Shown: positions 28,777 through 39,025 of the stretch, piece after piece | Layout of the letters: the number at the start of each line of letters is the position of its first letter | Numbering within the stretch: the stretch's first letter is position 1 | IMG/VR virus record: IMGVR_UViG_3300042554_001855 | Coordinates: 1-64,000 of that record | Strand: one strand, 5' to 3' | Origin: an uncultured virus (IMG/VR IMGVR_UViG_3300042554_001855) | Taxonomy: Duplodnaviria > Heunggongvirae > Uroviricota > Caudoviricetes | DNA: 64,000 nucleotides | The notes under the pieces: generated by a model | Seen by the model: only the letters and a program-made list of their open reading frames with translations | Databases searched by the model: none | Told to the model about the DNA's origin: nothing | Program-made: the position numbers and the translations under genes

Positions 28777-30143
28777 GACTTATTAGCCTCTGGATTTATA
28801 CCAAATGTATCTCTAACTAATTTCATAGAAGTATAAGATGATTCTGTATCAAAGTGATGACACAGTTCTTTAATCATATATAGACCGCTTGTTTCCTCGT
28901 CCAATTCGTTTCCATCTTGAGAAGATATCTTTGGAAAATTGCATTTAATGACATCCCCTGCACTTAGATTTGTATTCAGAGGAACAACCATACTTAAAGT
29001 TTGAGTGAAAAGTATATTATACCTCATAATAGACTGAGATTGATACTTTTCTGGACTTGCATTCACTTCTTTAGATGGTTCTTTATTCAGAGTACCAACA
29101 TCAAGACACATTGTGAAGATTCTAGTTGGAGTTTCACCAAGATCTTTTGAACTACCAGAAGTTATTTTAGGAAGTTTTATTTTTTCGCCAAGATTACTTG
29201 TCTTATTAACATAGTCATTTAACTTAAATAATCCCTTTTGGGGATTTGTAAATTCAAACGTTAATGGATTAAAAAATATTCTGTAACTTGAATATGTGCC
29301 TAACTTAAGTTTCTCAATTAAGTTTTGATTCTTCTCTGTAGTATATTTCAAGATTTTAAAGTCGTTCTTTACAGCGTCACCCTTTTCATCATATGTTTCA
29401 ATGCTTTGACTATAAAGATAAACTGCTTTTGGTTTTTGTTTAATCAAATTATCAATTGACCTGAAATTAAAACCATCCTTGGTTTGATAGAATACAAATC
29501 CAGCGGTAGCATCACCTGAAGTAGCAGGAACACCTTTTGATGCTAGCCAGATTAAGACAGTAAATGGCTTACGCATATTACCAATAAATCCATACTTATT
29601 TGTTGTCCTCTCTATTGAATCATTAGTAAATTTGTCAGTCTTAAGGATATTTTTAAGAATTTGTTTTACAGAAGTATCAATACTATTGTCTGGGGCAAAC
29701 TTTTTTCCTACTCTTACTGTTTCATTTGTGATTGCTTCTCTTGAAGTAAGATGTAAAGTAAAAGCTTCTCTTTGAGATTCTGCAATCACATCAGTAATAC
29801 TTGAGACATACAAGTAATCTTTTGATGACTTGGAAAAATCAATGGCAATATTAGACTCGGTGTTAGGAGAAATTTTCAATCTAAGTCTCTCCCCACCCCT
29901 AAGAGGAAGACCATTATAAACAGACTGGGGATTCTTATCTGTGCTCCCATCAGGGTTAGCAGAAGGTATGCTATCACCAGTATTAATCATCTTCAAAGTC
30001 GCAGTGATTGTTGGCGAAAAGATATCTTCATAATAGTCAAAAGAAACTATTGAAGGCGTGATATCAACTGTTCTTTGCTGATCATTTGATTCTAGAATTG
30101 CTTCTTCAAACTTGGATGGGGATTGTGCTACTACTTGTGCCAT
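28773..30143 (-). CDS. baseplate hub protein (gp27-like)
   Basis: Upstream of gp5; YYEDIFSP, FYQTKDGFNFRSID, SGLYMIKELCHHF motifs. Confidence 0.65.
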   Translation of the reverse strand: MAQVVAQSPSKFEEAILESNDQQRTVDITPSIVSFDYYEDIFSPTITATLKMINTGDSIPSANPDGSTDKNPQSVYNGLPLRGGERLRLKISPNTESNIAIDFSKSSKDYLYVSSITDVIAESQREAFTLHLTSREAITNETVRVGKKFAPDNSIDTSVKQILKNILKTDKFTNDSIERTTNKYGFIGNMRKPFTVLIWLASKGVPATSGDATAGFVFYQTKDGFNFRSIDNLIKQKPKAVYLYSQSIETYDEKGDAVKNDFKILKYTTEKNQNLIEKLKLGTYSSYRIFFNPLTFEFTNPQKGLFKLNDYVNKTSNLGEKIKLPKITSGSSKDLGETPTRIFTMCLDVGTLNKEPSKEVNASPEKYQSQSIMRYNILFTQTLSMVVPLNTNLSAGDVIKCNFPKISSQDGNELDEETSGLYMIKELCHHFDTESSYTSMKLVRDTFGINPEANKS

Positions 30144-32023
30144 TATAGATACGCTAAATCAGTTAAGAACTTTTGTTTGATAAAATTATTTAACACACTT
30201 GATGGTGGGCTTTGTGTGGTTTGTGATTCTTGTTCAAGAGAACGAGATCCAAACGATGCAGCGGCAGAATTCAATAATTGTGCTAATCCACTCAAATCCA
30301 TTTGTGGTCGTGTATCAACCACGCTTACAACATCTGGAGACATACTTGGTGTAATTCCAGATGCAACATCCATTGATGGAACACCAGATACAGAACTTGC
30401 TGTTGAACCTGCTGCACCATGAGAAACAGTAACTCCCCCCGTTCCAATAATTTCTGCTTCTCTACCATATCCACCACGATAATACACTGCACCAACTGCA
30501 AAAGGAAACTTAGTTGCCGATCCTACTTGAGATGGGAATGTTTGTTTTACTTTAGAATTGATTTCTTGCATATCAACAGCGGCACTACTTCTTCCACCAT
30601 GGGCTCTCTGCTCTGCAGCAATTAATCTTCTGATATTATCATCACTACCAGATGCATATTGTTTTATATTTCCATAAAATACAGTTGAACCTCTTGCAAG
30701 CATTGCTTTTGTTGCATGGAAAGCAACTTCACGAATACTTGCAAGTTGCTCTGCCGTTGGATTTGCTCCTTTATAATCTAAGTGGAAGTGAGTCGCATAA
30801 CTAGCCTCCCCTCTACCAGATCCACCCTGAATAAATCCCCCTGGTCCAACTTGTGGTATTAAACTCATTGTTCCAGTTGATACTGCAGGTGCTTGTTGTA
30901 GATTTGCAGATTGCTGCCCAGATGCATATGCTGCTGGAGATACATTTGCTGCTTTTTGTGCTTCTGGTAAAAATGACCTATATTTTCCAGACTTATAAAC
31001 ACTCCAAGGATTAAAATTAGAACCACCAGACAGAATGAATGCTGCCCTTGCATTAGTTAGAGGGTCTTTTAATTGCTCATAGGATGTTATTCCAAATTTT
31101 TTCAATCTTTCTGGGCCAAGGGACCCAATCATATTAATTTGCCATAAACCATAAGATAAGTCACGAGTCCTTGGATTGTCATTTACTACACCAGATCTTC
31201 CACCAGACTCTGCTTTTGCAACTGCTGCTGCAGTAACTGCATTTTGTTGACTAAATCCAGCTTGTTTTGCAACAGCAACTAATTGTTCAGTGGATAATGT
31301 TTCTCCAGCTCCTGGAAATTGAGATTCGCGTTCTGAGAATTGAGATTCTCCCTGAGTGCCCAATGGTGGTGCATTTTGACCACTTGCAATCCCTTCATTG
31401 AGAGATGTTGTCATCAATCTCAATGCGTCATCGATTGATGATGACATATCAGATAGATTTTGATTGAGTTGTCCAAATGTATCTTTTACTCTATTCGATG
31501 TGTCAAAGAAATCAAATGACATAATGTTTTGGGCAACGGCACCAAGAAGATTGAACATATTACCAACAAATCCAATTGCACCCATAAAAAACTGTTTAAT
31601 AATTGCCACTCCCTTATAAATTCTGGCAACAAATTCTTTTGCCATTCCAATCCAAGTTGGTAAGTTTCTTAGTAACCATCCCACTCCCAAATATGCAATC
31701 GCAGATAAAATCCTTCCCAAAAATCCTTTACCACTGTTGAGGATAGATTTCTCAGTAGCAAATCCTGGAGAAAGGATAGAACCTAGACTTGATGCTTCAA
31801 GTTGATCTTCTGCTTCTTTCTTTCTTAAATTATCCTGTCTTTTTTGAAAGAGACCTTTACTTCTGAATACTGCTTCACTTTTTATCTTAGTTCTATTTAA
31901 AATAACTCTTTTAGTATCACTAATTACTGTTCTTGTATTAGAAAGACTTCTTCTCATGTTTATAAACGTGGAAGAAATCTTATTGATTGAACTAGTTCCA
32001 GCAGATAAACTTAAAACTGCCAT
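30143..32023 (-). CDS. tail/baseplate protein with lytic transglycosylase-like domain
   Basis: AAAVAKAESGG...SYGLWQINM...DPLTNARAA lysozyme-fold motifs. Confidence 0.75.
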   Translation of the reverse strand: MAVLSLSAGTSSINKISSTFINMRRSLSNTRTVISDTKRVILNRTKIKSEAVFRSKGLFQKRQDNLRKKEAEDQLEASSLGSILSPGFATEKSILNSGKGFLGRILSAIAYLGVGWLLRNLPTWIGMAKEFVARIYKGVAIIKQFFMGAIGFVGNMFNLLGAVAQNIMSFDFFDTSNRVKDTFGQLNQNLSDMSSSIDDALRLMTTSLNEGIASGQNAPPLGTQGESQFSERESQFPGAGETLSTEQLVAVAKQAGFSQQNAVTAAAVAKAESGGRSGVVNDNPRTRDLSYGLWQINMIGSLGPERLKKFGITSYEQLKDPLTNARAAFILSGGSNFNPWSVYKSGKYRSFLPEAQKAANVSPAAYASGQQSANLQQAPAVSTGTMSLIPQVGPGGFIQGGSGRGEASYATHFHLDYKGANPTAEQLASIREVAFHATKAMLARGSTVFYGNIKQYASGSDDNIRRLIAAEQRAHGGRSSAAVDMQEINSKVKQTFPSQVGSATKFPFAVGAVYYRGGYGREAEIIGTGGVTVSHGAAGSTASSVSGVPSMDVASGITPSMSPDVVSVVDTRPQMDLSGLAQLLNSAAASFGSRSLEQESQTTQSPPSSVLNNFIKQKFLTDLAYL

Positions 32024-32024
32024 C

Positions 32025-33635
32025 TTACATCACCACATTATAACTTAATTGAGAGTACATAGTGTAAAAATTATTAGGATTACTCGAAGATATATGGGGA
32101 ACATTGTTAGAAGAATTTCCTTTTCTTAATGATGGTGCTGGTGGTTTTTGCTTCATCTCTGGTTGTGTCAAAATAACCTGAGGAGCTGGTTTAGTTAAAG
32201 GTCCTAATGGTGCATTTTCTGTTTGCTTTTGTGATATTTTTGCTTCTGGAGACACTGGAGTAACAGAAAGAGCTCTTTCTTCAGCAGTTTCTCCTGGAAG
32301 TAAAGGTCTCATTGTTGGTATATTTTTATATAAGTCTAAGTATCCTTTTTCTTCTTCTGTTGGAGTTACTTCTGGTGCAGCGGTTCCAACATTCATATTA
32401 AGATCTCCATTTACCCCTGGAGTCATTGGAAGCATAGGTGTTGCTGCTGGAGCTTCTGGTGTTTGTGAAGTTGAACCTGGTGGTGGAATATTTGGTTTAT
32501 TTGGCTTTAATTGTTGCTGTGGAGTTGAAGAAGTTGGAGTTTGTTTTTGTTCTTGTCCCCCACCTGCCATTCTAGATAATTCAAGTCCAACTCTTCCAGC
32601 GGCTGCAAATCCTCCGATTACTGGAAACATAGATAACGCACTAAGAGCTGCTCCTGGCAAATCTCCTTGACTCAAATCATAACCTGTCGAGACTGCACCA
32701 AGAGCAGTTCCAAGACCAGGGGTAAAACCACCAGCAACTCTCCCACCTCCAGCTGCTGCAGCACCGCCACCTTTCATAAAATTAAAGAACTTAGTCATTA
32801 AGTTCGTGCTACCTGTTACAGTAGGTCTTGCACCTCTGGCAGCGGCATTGGCAGCGGCAGGTGCTCCTCTACTGAATAATCCAGCAACACCTCTACCTAA
32901 AGCACCCAGACCTCTGAATGGCAGTAAAATCAGTTTAGCAATTAAACCACCAACTTTAAAAACTACACCATTGAGTAATCTTAGGAAAACAGCAAATCCA
33001 ACATTAATCGCTAATAAACCAGCACCAGCATAAAGTAAGTTCTTGAGGATACTATTCTTAATCTCATCAAAAACTTTAAAATTTTTATCCTTGTATGCCC
33101 TTAATAATTCTATTCCTTGAAGTGTGAACCACCCACCAAGAAGAGTGAATATTGCGCTCTTAATCCTATCAAATATACCCTCAGTCTGCTCAATAACTTT
33201 TTTTACTGGACTGATAAGAGCATTTTGTATTTTCTTTTCTAATTCGTTTTCACGACCTCTTTTTATATCTCTATCAACTATCTTTTGCTCATTATCTTGT
33301 TCTGTTTGAATTCTTTTTTGCTCAGCAATAGTTTCTCCTCTGAGAAGTCTAGCAATATCTCTAACACCATTGGTTAAATTTAAAACTTCTACACGAACAA
33401 ATTCAATCTGCTTTGAAATTGTTCCAAGAGAAGATTGATTTGCCTTTACAATTGCTAAACTTTGAGTGCTTGCTAAATCATTTCCATCTTGCCTAACTAA
33501 AGCACCACCACGACCACGAAACACAGAACTGGAAACAGTTGCTCTACGGAATAGTGCTTTTCTGGCTTCAGCAGACAGGTAAGATCCTGTTCTAGGATCT
33601 ACACCTGTTTGTGCTATGGTTATTGCATCAGCCAT
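32025..33635 (-). CDS. tape-measure-like/baseplate hub protein (gp29 position)
   Basis: Helical, Ala/Gly rich with hydrophobic segments; downstream of gp26/gp51. Confidence 0.5.
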   Translation of the reverse strand: MADAITIAQTGVDPRTGSYLSAEARKALFRRATVSSSVFRGRGGALVRQDGNDLASTQSLAIVKANQSSLGTISKQIEFVRVEVLNLTNGVRDIARLLRGETIAEQKRIQTEQDNEQKIVDRDIKRGRENELEKKIQNALISPVKKVIEQTEGIFDRIKSAIFTLLGGWFTLQGIELLRAYKDKNFKVFDEIKNSILKNLLYAGAGLLAINVGFAVFLRLLNGVVFKVGGLIAKLILLPFRGLGALGRGVAGLFSRGAPAAANAAARGARPTVTGSTNLMTKFFNFMKGGGAAAAGGGRVAGGFTPGLGTALGAVSTGYDLSQGDLPGAALSALSMFPVIGGFAAAGRVGLELSRMAGGGQEQKQTPTSSTPQQQLKPNKPNIPPPGSTSQTPEAPAATPMLPMTPGVNGDLNMNVGTAAPEVTPTEEEKGYLDLYKNIPTMRPLLPGETAEERALSVTPVSPEAKISQKQTENAPLGPLTKPAPQVILTQPEMKQKPPAPSLRKGNSSNNVPHISSSNPNNFYTMYSQLSYNVVM

Positions 33636-33804
33636 TCGTTATGCCGTTTTTAAGATTTTCTTCTTCTATAAACTGCTGAAGAAGAGAGATATAAATTTCT
33701 CTCTCCCAAGGTATCATATTTTCTAACTCTGTCAATGAATATTTATGATGCTGTATGAGGGCAAAATTTGTTTTGTAGTATGACTCAAGGGAATCATGAG
33801 CCAT
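33628..33804 (-). CDS. gp51: gp51-like baseplate hub assembly protein (58 aa)
   Basis: Hand-translated MAHDSLESYYKTNFALIQHHKYSLTELENMIPWEREIYISLL. Confidence 0.8.
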   Translation of the reverse strand: MAHDSLESYYKTNFALIQHHKYSLTELENMIPWEREIYISLLQQFIEEENLKNGITNG

Positions 33805-33806
33805 CC

Positions 33807-34523
33807 CTACGCGAAAAAACTTGTTAGACCCTCCAAAACAACTTCACTTTCAACTTTTGTTTCTGGATTTTTGATTTTGATTGTATGAGAAAGTTTGGGC
33901 ATTGTTTCAAAGAAAGTCTCAATCTCTTTGAATTGTTTCGAACTCAATTGATCAACAAATTCAAATAATTCTTTCTTAGTACAATCAGAAGCAGACCAAG
34001 ATTCTTCTTCAGAATAGACTTGCTCAATACATCCACTAATCAACTCAAAAGTATCATCAACCGTTACATCAGTAATATTAAAGTTGTTTTTAATAAACTG
34101 ACTCAATGAAGGATATCTCATCCTCATTGTTAGATTATCATCTAACTTAATATCTCTGGTATGATTTGGATTGGTTTGAACTTGGATTTCGTCCAAGTTA
34201 ATTGACACTGGAACTTGAGTAACTTCATCATCAGGGCAGGTGATTAGAACATCTACTGTCTCACCTACTGACTTTCCTCTGATGTTAAGGAACAGATACT
34301 CAATATCAAAAGTAGCCAGGTCTTCTACTTTTACACCTTTTGTCAAAATGCAATTTGAGATAACTGTTTTAATTGCATTTGTGATTTGCTTATCATCTTG
34401 ACTTTCCATTGCGATGATAAGAATTTTTTCTTCTTTAACAAGAAATGGTCTATATTTAATTGTTTTTTTAGAAGATGGTAATGTCAACTCATAAGTCGGA
34501 GTTGCAATTGTTGGTAAAGGCAT
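33807..34523 (-). CDS. gp26: baseplate hub subunit/assembly chaperone gp26
   Basis: MPLPTIATPTYELTLPS...YRPFLVKEEKIL...FDIEYLFLNIRGKSVGE. Confidence 0.85.
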   Translation of the reverse strand: MPLPTIATPTYELTLPSSKKTIKYRPFLVKEEKILIIAMESQDDKQITNAIKTVISNCILTKGVKVEDLATFDIEYLFLNIRGKSVGETVDVLITCPDDEVTQVPVSINLDEIQVQTNPNHTRDIKLDDNLTMRMRYPSLSQFIKNNFNITDVTVDDTFELISGCIEQVYSEEESWSASDCTKKELFEFVDQLSSKQFKEIETFFETMPKLSHTIKIKNPETKVESEVVLEGLTSFFA

Positions 34524-34552
34524 AATAACCTATAATATTGTCAGTAATTTAT

Positions 34553-35422
34553 TTATGAACCAAATCCTGGTGGATATTGTCCAATTTCTCCAGCAACAAA
34601 GTCAGGTTTTTGATTCCAATCAATACTACTCCCAGTAGTTGCCGCACCCTCTCCTCCATAAATTGGATAAGATTGTGATAATCTAATAGCGTTCGCTTCA
34701 TCCGCACTCAGTGGTGCGACTTTACCAGATGCATACAGTAAAGATGATTCTCCAGTTTTATTATTATCAACTCCTCTTTTTTGGTCAATGGCAGAAATTG
34801 GCCCACAAACATAGCGAGTGAATTCAAAAGTTGCAGATGCAGTCAAAGTTCTAGAGCTATCATATGAAACATTAATATTACCAACATTAGAGGGGAACAT
34901 TCCAAAAAATGTGTATTCAATATTTTTACGATAGTCTCTATCAAACTTAACGATTTTTGTCGATTCCATCTTATAGTATTCGGGGTATTGCATTCTGATA
35001 AAATAATTCTTTCTTCCTTGACTGACAGCATCAGCATTTGTTCCAACTGGATTATGAGATCCGCTTGCAATAAATTCTGCCCAGTGCTCTAGAAATTTCA
35101 ATACTTTATAATCACTATCAATATAGAACCCTAAATTAACTTGCCCATAAATTCTACTATGGGCAATCTTTTCTTGAATGCCCATGTAGTTTCCTGCAAT
35201 ATTTGCAGTTGCCAAACTTCCATATGGAAGTTCTGCAGAGTAACATAACAATCCAACATCACCGCTTATAAATCTAGAATCAACACCTCTGTTAGCCAAA
35301 TAAGATGATAACGCACCATCTTTTGGTGGTGCTCCAAACTTGACTTCATAATGTGAGGTTTGAGCTAGATTTGTTAATACTCTTTTAAATTCTGATATTT
35401 TTCTTGGTCTAGGTGCTGGCAC
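34553..35422 (-). CDS. tail tube-family baseplate protein (gp19/gp54-like)
   Basis: LCYSAELP...FYIDSDY...FLEHW...YTFFGMFP pattern. Confidence 0.6.
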   Translation of the reverse strand: MPAPRPRKISEFKRVLTNLAQTSHYEVKFGAPPKDGALSSYLANRGVDSRFISGDVGLLCYSAELPYGSLATANIAGNYMGIQEKIAHSRIYGQVNLGFYIDSDYKVLKFLEHWAEFIASGSHNPVGTNADAVSQGRKNYFIRMQYPEYYKMESTKIVKFDRDYRKNIEYTFFGMFPSNVGNINVSYDSSRTLTASATFEFTRYVCGPISAIDQKRGVDNNKTGESSLLYASGKVAPLSADEANAIRLSQSYPIYGGEGAATTGSSIDWNQKPDFVAGEIGQYPPGFGS

Positions 35423-35423
35423 T

Positions 35424-35459
35424 CTAAATACCTATATTATGAGTCTTTTAGTTATTTAG
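35424..35459. promoter_or_regulatory. divergent pair of T4-type late promoters
   Basis: CTAAATA on + (35424-35430) and on - (35453-35459) between divergent structural genes. Confidence 0.65.
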
Positions 35460-35897
35460 ATGTCTTATAAGGGAAAATATCAACCATCTTATCCTGAAAA
35501 ATACAAAGGAGATCCAACAAATATCATTTATCGTTCCCTCTGGGAAAGAAAATTTATGAAATACTGCGATCTCAATGAAAATATTTTAGAGTGGGGAAGT
35601 GAAGAAATTGCCCTTCCATATCGTTCCCCAATTGACCGCCGCATTCATAGATATTTTCCAGATTTTTATATTAAAGTAAAAGAATCAAATAATGTTATTA
35701 AAAAATATTTGATTGAAATAAAACCCAAAAGACAGACTATTCCCCCACAAAATCCAGGCAGACAAACTAAAACATACATCCGTGAAGCATATGAGTATGC
35801 AAAAAATCAATCAAAGTGGGCTGCTGCAAAAGAATTCTGTGCTGACCGTGGGTGGAGTTTTAAAATTATAACAGAAGATGAGTTAGGTATTAAATAA
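35460..35897 (+). CDS. gp4: head completion nuclease gp4
   Basis: KYKGDPTNIIYRSLWERKFM...YFPDF...IEIKP...NQSKW. Confidence 0.9.
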   Translation: MSYKGKYQPSYPEKYKGDPTNIIYRSLWERKFMKYCDLNENILEWGSEEIALPYRSPIDRRIHRYFPDFYIKVKESNNVIKKYLIEIKPKRQTIPPQNPGRQTKTYIREAYEYAKNQSKWAAAKEFCADRGWSFKIITEDELGIK

Positions 35898-36307
35898 TGC
35901 CGAGAAAAACTCTTAAAGACAAACAAGAGAAGCAACAAAAACTTCAACAAAATAAAGCAGTCAAAAATAGGGTTTTGCCACTTGTAGAAAGTATTAATGG
36001 CACTGAAGACCCTGATGATTTGATGCAGGAACTCATGGGACTTTTATCTGAGTCAAGCACTGCACCACAAGTAGGTAAATACTATACTTTTGTTTATTCG
36101 CCAAAAACATCTGGAATTACTTATGATGAATATCCTTTGGTTGCAGTAACTGAAGTTTTAAAATGGGGATTCAAAGGATTTAATTTTCACTGGAATGATG
36201 GAAGGCAATATACCTGGAAAGAAATCATTGGTGGTGTGTATAATATTCTAGATGAAGAAATAACTGATGTACGAAAGATACCTTTTGGAAAAATACGATC
36301 TAAATAG
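35897..36307 (+). CDS. gp2 DNA end-protector-like protein
   Basis: GKYYTFVYSPKT...YDEYPLV...GFKGFNFHW. Confidence 0.55.
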   Translation: MPRKTLKDKQEKQQKLQQNKAVKNRVLPLVESINGTEDPDDLMQELMGLLSESSTAPQVGKYYTFVYSPKTSGITYDEYPLVAVTEVLKWGFKGFNFHWNDGRQYTWKEIIGGVYNILDEEITDVRKIPFGKIRSK

Positions 36308-36321
36308 TTAGAAAAAGATAA

Positions 36322-37344
36322 ATGGTAGTTAAGCCCTGGGAAGTCCAACGAAGCTCAACAACAAGTAACCCACCATCTTCTTCTGCTGGGTCATCTGCCC
36401 CAGCTAAGCCAGATAAACAGCAAGCTCAAAAATCCAATAAGAAGACAGCATATAGATATCCATTTGATAGAATTGATGATGGTGATGACTACTTATTAAT
36501 AGAAGTTATTGATTTTGTTCCTGGTGGATTACAAAGACAAGGTGCCGAGTCTTTAGCATTAGTTACAACAGATCAAACTCTAGCAAAAAACAAGCAAAAA
36601 GTACTTAGTCGAATTATTTTACCTATTCCAGAAGGTGTTGGAGATACCAATAATGCAGACTGGTCAAATAGTAACGTAAATCCATTTGATGCTACTTTGA
36701 TTGGAGCATTCAATCAATTTTTGGGACAATCTGCTGGGGGAAATCTTCCAGGTGCTTTTGGTGACATGGCTAAAAATCTTGCTGGTTCTGGATCTGCTTT
36801 AGCACTATCTGCAGAAGGAGGAAAGGCATTTATGGCATCAATGTCTGCTAAAGCAGCCGCAGCGATAACAGGAAATGCTAACGCCCAGGGACTAATTAAT
36901 AGAGCACTTGGTGCAACATTAAACCCAAATAGCCAACTCTTATTTAACAGTGTGGCTCAAAGATCTTTTGGATTTAGTTGGGACTTAGTTCCAAGGTCTA
37001 AAAAGGAATCGGATGAAGTAAAAAATATAATAAGAATATTTAAATCCTACATGTCTGCAAGAAAAGGTGCTCAGGCTCAACCAGGTGGTGGATTCTTTAT
37101 TGGGTCTCCAAGTGTATTCCAATTAACTTACATGACAGGTCAAAAACCACATGCATTTTTGAACCAGTTCAAACCAATGGCATTAACTGGGATGTCAGTT
37201 AATTATACAGGATCTGGAACTTATGCAACATATGGTGATTCAACACCAGTTCATATGCAATTAACACTTAATATGAGCGAACTTACACCAATTTATGCTG
37301 AAGATTATGATACAAAAGAAGGAAAAGATGGAGTAGGATACTAA
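36322..37344 (+). CDS. gp48: baseplate tail tube cap gp48
   Basis: LNPNSQLLFNSVAQRSFGFSWDLVPRSKKES...VNYT...LNMSELTPIY. Confidence 0.85.
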   Translation: MVVKPWEVQRSSTTSNPPSSSAGSSAPAKPDKQQAQKSNKKTAYRYPFDRIDDGDDYLLIEVIDFVPGGLQRQGAESLALVTTDQTLAKNKQKVLSRIILPIPEGVGDTNNADWSNSNVNPFDATLIGAFNQFLGQSAGGNLPGAFGDMAKNLAGSGSALALSAEGGKAFMASMSAKAAAAITGNANAQGLINRALGATLNPNSQLLFNSVAQRSFGFSWDLVPRSKKESDEVKNIIRIFKSYMSARKGAQAQPGGGFFIGSPSVFQLTYMTGQKPHAFLNQFKPMALTGMSVNYTGSGTYATYGDSTPVHMQLTLNMSELTPIYAEDYDTKEGKDGVGY

Positions 37345-37345
37345 G

Positions 37346-38002
37346 ATGGCATACTTTAGAGAACTACCAGATTTAGAATATCAATCACCATTCTCGGATA
37401 GAAACTCTTCATTAGATTATGTAAGGGCAAAAAATATCTTTAGAAGAGTAAAAATCAGAGACGACTTACAGAAAGTTTTTACAATATTCAACAAATATAC
37501 CATTTCTGATGGTGCAAGACCTGATACAGTTGCAGAGGCACTATATGGAAAGTCAGAATTTGACTGGGTTGTACTCATCAGTGCTGGGATAGTTAATGTA
37601 AGAGATGAGTGGCCACTCTCAAACTATGATTTGTACAATTACAGTTATGAAAAATATGGAGATAATCTCAATGACACTAAATTTTATGAAACAATAGAAG
37701 TCAGAGATCCTAATGGAAGATTAATTCTCCCTGCTGGAAAAGTTGTTGATGCTAACTTTACAATTCCAGACCCAGCGAATAAAGTTCAAAATTTACAACA
37801 ATCTAAAGTTGTTGTAGCAATTAATAATTATGAATATGAAGTTCGTAAGAATGAGGCAAAAAGAAACATTTATGTATTAAAATCAGAATACTTACCAAGT
37901 TTCTTAACTGATATTAGAAAGATTATGACATATACAGAATCATCTCAATTTATTGATTCTAAGTTAATTAAGGCATCTAATACTAGAATCAAGTCACCAT
38001 AA
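37346..38002 (+). CDS. gp53: baseplate wedge subunit gp53
   Basis: MAYFRELPDLEY...KNIFRR...RPDTVAEALYG...DWVVL...EWPL. Confidence 0.9.
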   Translation: MAYFRELPDLEYQSPFSDRNSSLDYVRAKNIFRRVKIRDDLQKVFTIFNKYTISDGARPDTVAEALYGKSEFDWVVLISAGIVNVRDEWPLSNYDLYNYSYEKYGDNLNDTKFYETIEVRDPNGRLILPAGKVVDANFTIPDPANKVQNLQQSKVVVAINNYEYEVRKNEAKRNIYVLKSEYLPSFLTDIRKIMTYTESSQFIDSKLIKASNTRIKSP

Positions 38003-38022
38003 AAAAGGGGGCATATGCCCCC
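38001..38022 (-). terminator. intrinsic terminator between convergent gp53 and gp32
   Basis: GGGGCATATGCCCC hairpin with a T6 run on the minus strand. Confidence 0.7.
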
Positions 38023-38028
38023 AGTGTA

Positions 38029-38952
38029 TCAGTCTTCGGCAAGACGGGCGAAGTAGGACAGAGCATCATCATCCTCATCTTCTTCAACCGCAGCAGCACG
38101 ACGGGTGGGTTGAAGATTGTTGAGTTCAGTACGAAGATCCTCAGTTAGTTCGCGGGTCGAACCACGGGTGTTGTCCTCATCAAGATCTTCGGGGTCCTGA
38201 TAACGAGGAGTACCTTTGGAACCAAGCACATAGTCAAGACGCTTCTTCAGTTCATCATAGGTCTTGAATTGGTCGGCAGCAACGAGTTCGGCAAGCGAAT
38301 ACTGCTTCTTCCACACTGCTTCCATTGCATCATCATCGTCCAGCAGAGGAGCAGCAGCAGCAAACTCACTAGAATCATAGTTACGATAACCAGCAACGTT
38401 CTTCGCCTTCAGTTTGAAGTTGGCACCTTGCCAGAAGTCAAACGGATCGATTGCTTCCTCATCTTCAAACTCGGGTTGCATCGCAGCAGTCAGTTTGTCG
38501 AAGATCTTTTTACCGAACTTGAACAGGAAGACCTTACCTTCGTTCGCAGGGTTGGCAGGATCTTTCACAACGTAAATGTTGCTCACATAAGTCAGTTTGC
38601 GCTTCTGCTTACGTGCCAGTTCCTTACCAGCATCAGTACCATTGTTCCACAGTTCAGAGTTGTACTCAGACACTGGATCCTTCTGACCCAGAGTAGTCAG
38701 AGAGTTCTCAATATACCAACCACCAGGACCTTGGAATGCGTGACTGTAGAGTTTCACGAACGGAAGGTCCTCACCGTTCGGAGCAGGGAGGAAACGGATT
38801 ACGGCATAACCATTGCCGCTCTTATCTACATCCAGTTTCCAGATGCGGTCATCACTAGAACCGCTACCAGTATTCATTTTTTCAACTTCTTTGACCAGTT
38901 TAGCGGTCAGAGAGCCCAATTTAGATTGCTTCTTAAGGTCAGCAAAAGACAT
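38029..38952 (-). CDS. gp32: single-stranded DNA-binding protein gp32
   Basis: DDRIWKL..DKSGNGYAVIRFLP...WYIENSLTTLG...acidic tail. Confidence 0.95.
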   Translation of the reverse strand: MSFADLKKQSKLGSLTAKLVKEVEKMNTGSGSSDDRIWKLDVDKSGNGYAVIRFLPAPNGEDLPFVKLYSHAFQGPGGWYIENSLTTLGQKDPVSEYNSELWNNGTDAGKELARKQKRKLTYVSNIYVVKDPANPANEGKVFLFKFGKKIFDKLTAAMQPEFEDEEAIDPFDFWQGANFKLKAKNVAGYRNYDSSEFAAAAPLLDDDDAMEAVWKKQYSLAELVAADQFKTYDELKKRLDYVLGSKGTPRYQDPEDLDEDNTRGSTRELTEDLRTELNNLQPTRRAAAVEEDEDDDALSYFARLAED

Positions 38953-38996
38953 TTGGATTACCTCGGATAGTTTGGATTCGGGGGATTTACTTGGAT

Positions 38997-39025
38997 ATTA
39001 TAGCGAAGATTGAATCACCTGTCAA
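38997..39025 (-). promoter_or_regulatory. sigma70-type promoter of gp32
   Basis: TTGACA-N17-TATAAT. Confidence 0.85.

Noticed and set aside
38269..38970. 233 aa ORF antisense to gp32
   Set aside because: Shadow of biased codon usage
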